From: a virus
Taxonomy: Duplodnaviria > Caudoviricetes
DNA: 64,000 nt
IMG/VR virus record: IMGVR_UViG_2923682817_000001
Location: 32,001 to 96,000 of that record
Strand: one strand, 5' to 3'
Below are positions 62,620-64,000 of this stretch, piece after piece. A program made the position numbers and the translations under genes. Under the pieces are notes generated by a model. The model was not told where the DNA came from and did no database searches. It was given only the letters and a program-made list of their open reading frames with translations. Position 1 is the first letter of the stretch. The number at the start of each line of letters is the position of its first letter.

Positions 62620-64000
62620 TTAATCCAGGTGGGGGATGTCGCCGAATCGGGGGGTTCCGATGCGGACTCCCAAGGGGGCGTGCTCTTCCAGAGCCGCCAT
62701 CAGCGCAGGCGTGCGCTCTTCAATGTTGGGGTACCAGAAGACGCCCTTGGTCGGGTCGCCGCCGTTGCCGCGGTAGTAGTAGTCCTTGGATCCGGCCACC
62801 AGGTGGAAGTAGCTGCCGGCCTTGGTCGCCTGCTCGACCATGACTCCCGCGGCCCAGAACGTCGCCGGCCGCGGCAGGTTCGCCGGCGGGCTGACGAATT
62901 CCAGGAAAACGCCAGCAACGACGGACCTGAACGGCACTTCGATCCGCTTCCAGCCGGCCGTCATCGGCACCGTCAGCTGGCCGAGGGTCGTGTACGGCGG
63001 CCCGTTCAAGGTGACCTTGAGCACGATCTCGGGAAGGCTGCCGTCGCTGTGCACATACAGCGACAGGACGCAGTCGGCGCCCGGCGGCGGGGTGACGATG
63101 GATCCGCCGACGAACCCTGTCGAGCCGGCACCGTAGGTGATCTTACGGGCGGGGAAGACGTCGCCGGCGACGGGCGAGACGCCGTCTTCGGTAACGGTGA
63201 GGTTGGTCGCGTCGCCTGAGGTCCACAGCACGCCCTCGGCGTAGTTCGCCCTGTCGGCGATCACCAGCGGGACCAGGGTCTGCGCGGTGGTGTAGGGACG
63301 CGGGCCGGGCGACGTCGCGGTGCCGGACGGCTCGACCTGCACGCAAGCGACCTCGTGGAAGTTGGCGGCCGGGACGGCGTTGAAGCGGAAGCCCACGGCA
63401 GCGTAGGCGGCGCGGCGCCAGACGTACTTGCCGGAGCCGGCCGGCTGGTCGGCGGGGGCGATGAATTCGGCGTGCACGCGGTTCCACGGCTGGCCGTTGG
63501 CGCCGGAGGTGATGCCGGCGTTGGTCGCGCCGGTGCCGAACTGGAGCGGGTCGTTTTCGGTGGGGGCCGCTCCCCAGATCGCGAAATCCGTGAACGCACC
63601 GTCGGGGGTGCCGTCGGTCAGGTCCGCGGAGCCGACGGAGACGCCGTATCCGGTGGCGACCAGCTGCAGGCCGATTCCCAGCTGCGCACTGCCGCCGCCG
63701 ACGCCTGCGCCGGACATGGAGATCGGTTGGGGCGGGGACAGTGACGCGCTGCCGCCGCCGACGCCGTGGCCGTCAGCGAAGGTCGGCCACGCCTTGAACA
63801 TGATCACCCGCGGCGCGTCCAGGCCGGTGCCGGGGCCGCCTTCGCCGGAGGCGGATATGGGCACGATGCGATACAGGTAGGCCGAGCCGAGGCTACCGCC
63901 GACGCCGGAGGCCGAGAACGCCCCCGAGCTCCACAGTCTGGCTCTTCCGGTTCCCTTACCTGTGCCGGAGGCCTTGACGGTGCCTTCGGCGCTCAGCTGC
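62620..64000 (-). CDS. tail/receptor-binding-type protein (5' end off window)
   Basis: Gly-rich G.G.G.A repeats, CBM-like domains (LSLYV..W.RI.V..GVMVE..SYF); frame open to the window edge. Confidence 0.65.
   Translation of the reverse strand, partial: QLSAEGTVKASGTGKGTGRARLWSSGAFSASGVGGSLGSAYLYRIVPISASGEGGPGTGLDAPRVIMFKAWPTFADGHGVGGGSASLSPPQPISMSGAGVGGGSAQLGIGLQLVATGYGVSVGSADLTDGTPDGAFTDFAIWGAAPTENDPLQFGTGATNAGITSGANGQPWNRVHAEFIAPADQPAGSGKYVWRRAAYAAVGFRFNAVPAANFHEVACVQVEPSGTATSPGPRPYTTAQTLVPLVIADRANYAEGVLWTSGDATNLTVTEDGVSPVAGDVFPARKITYGAGSTGFVGGSIVTPPPGADCVLSLYVHSDGSLPEIVLKVTLNGPPYTTLGQLTVPMTAGWKRIEVPFRSVVAGVFLEFVSPPANLPRPATFWAAGVMVEQATKAGSYFHLVAGSKDYYYRGNGGDPTKGVFWYPNIEERTPALMAALEEHAPLGVRIGTPRFGDIPHLD

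Overview
A 64-kb segment of a large, high-GC actinobacterial phage, prophage or phage-plasmid. A filamentous actinomycete host is inferred from the XRE/DUF397/ATP-binding regulator cluster and WhiB; no integrase, capsid or large terminase gene is visible. Layout, left to right: (1) 1-600, an ORF-poor, densely base-paired region that looks like a large minus-strand ncRNA with its own promoter; (2) 0.8-8.3 kb, accessory genes including a whiJ/bldB/abaA-like cluster with four DUF397 genes and a four-gene operon built from shuffled domains, two of them RNA-polymerase alpha-CTD-like; (3) 8.3-9.5 kb, a non-coding region with phased T-tracts, possibly a genome end or packaging site; (4) 9.5-24.8 kb, an early-type region of small genes diverging from about 18.1 kb (ArdC, HicA-like, many unknowns), built from two repeated expression modules: terminator + AGGAAT-N12-ATTCCT operator/promoter cassettes (nine operators in the window) and hairpin + CACCGAAGGGAA start units; (5) 25-64 kb, an almost entirely minus-strand core with TGT/DpdA-like protein, HAD, nucleotidyltransferase, endolysin, SpoVS, RuvC, dNMP kinase, ThyX, Cas4-like nuclease, WhiB, RecA, class II RNR, family A DNA polymerase, SSB, MerR-like HTH, SNF2 helicase, primase, DnaB, two HNH genes, DnaC-like ATPase, replication initiator with internal iterons, holin and a tail protein. 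A second structured ncRNA candidate lies at about 51.5-51.8 kb. Sharply AT-recoded patches sit exactly on catalytic motifs of RNR and DNA polymerase. All functional calls come from motif recognition by eye; no database searches or folding programs were run.
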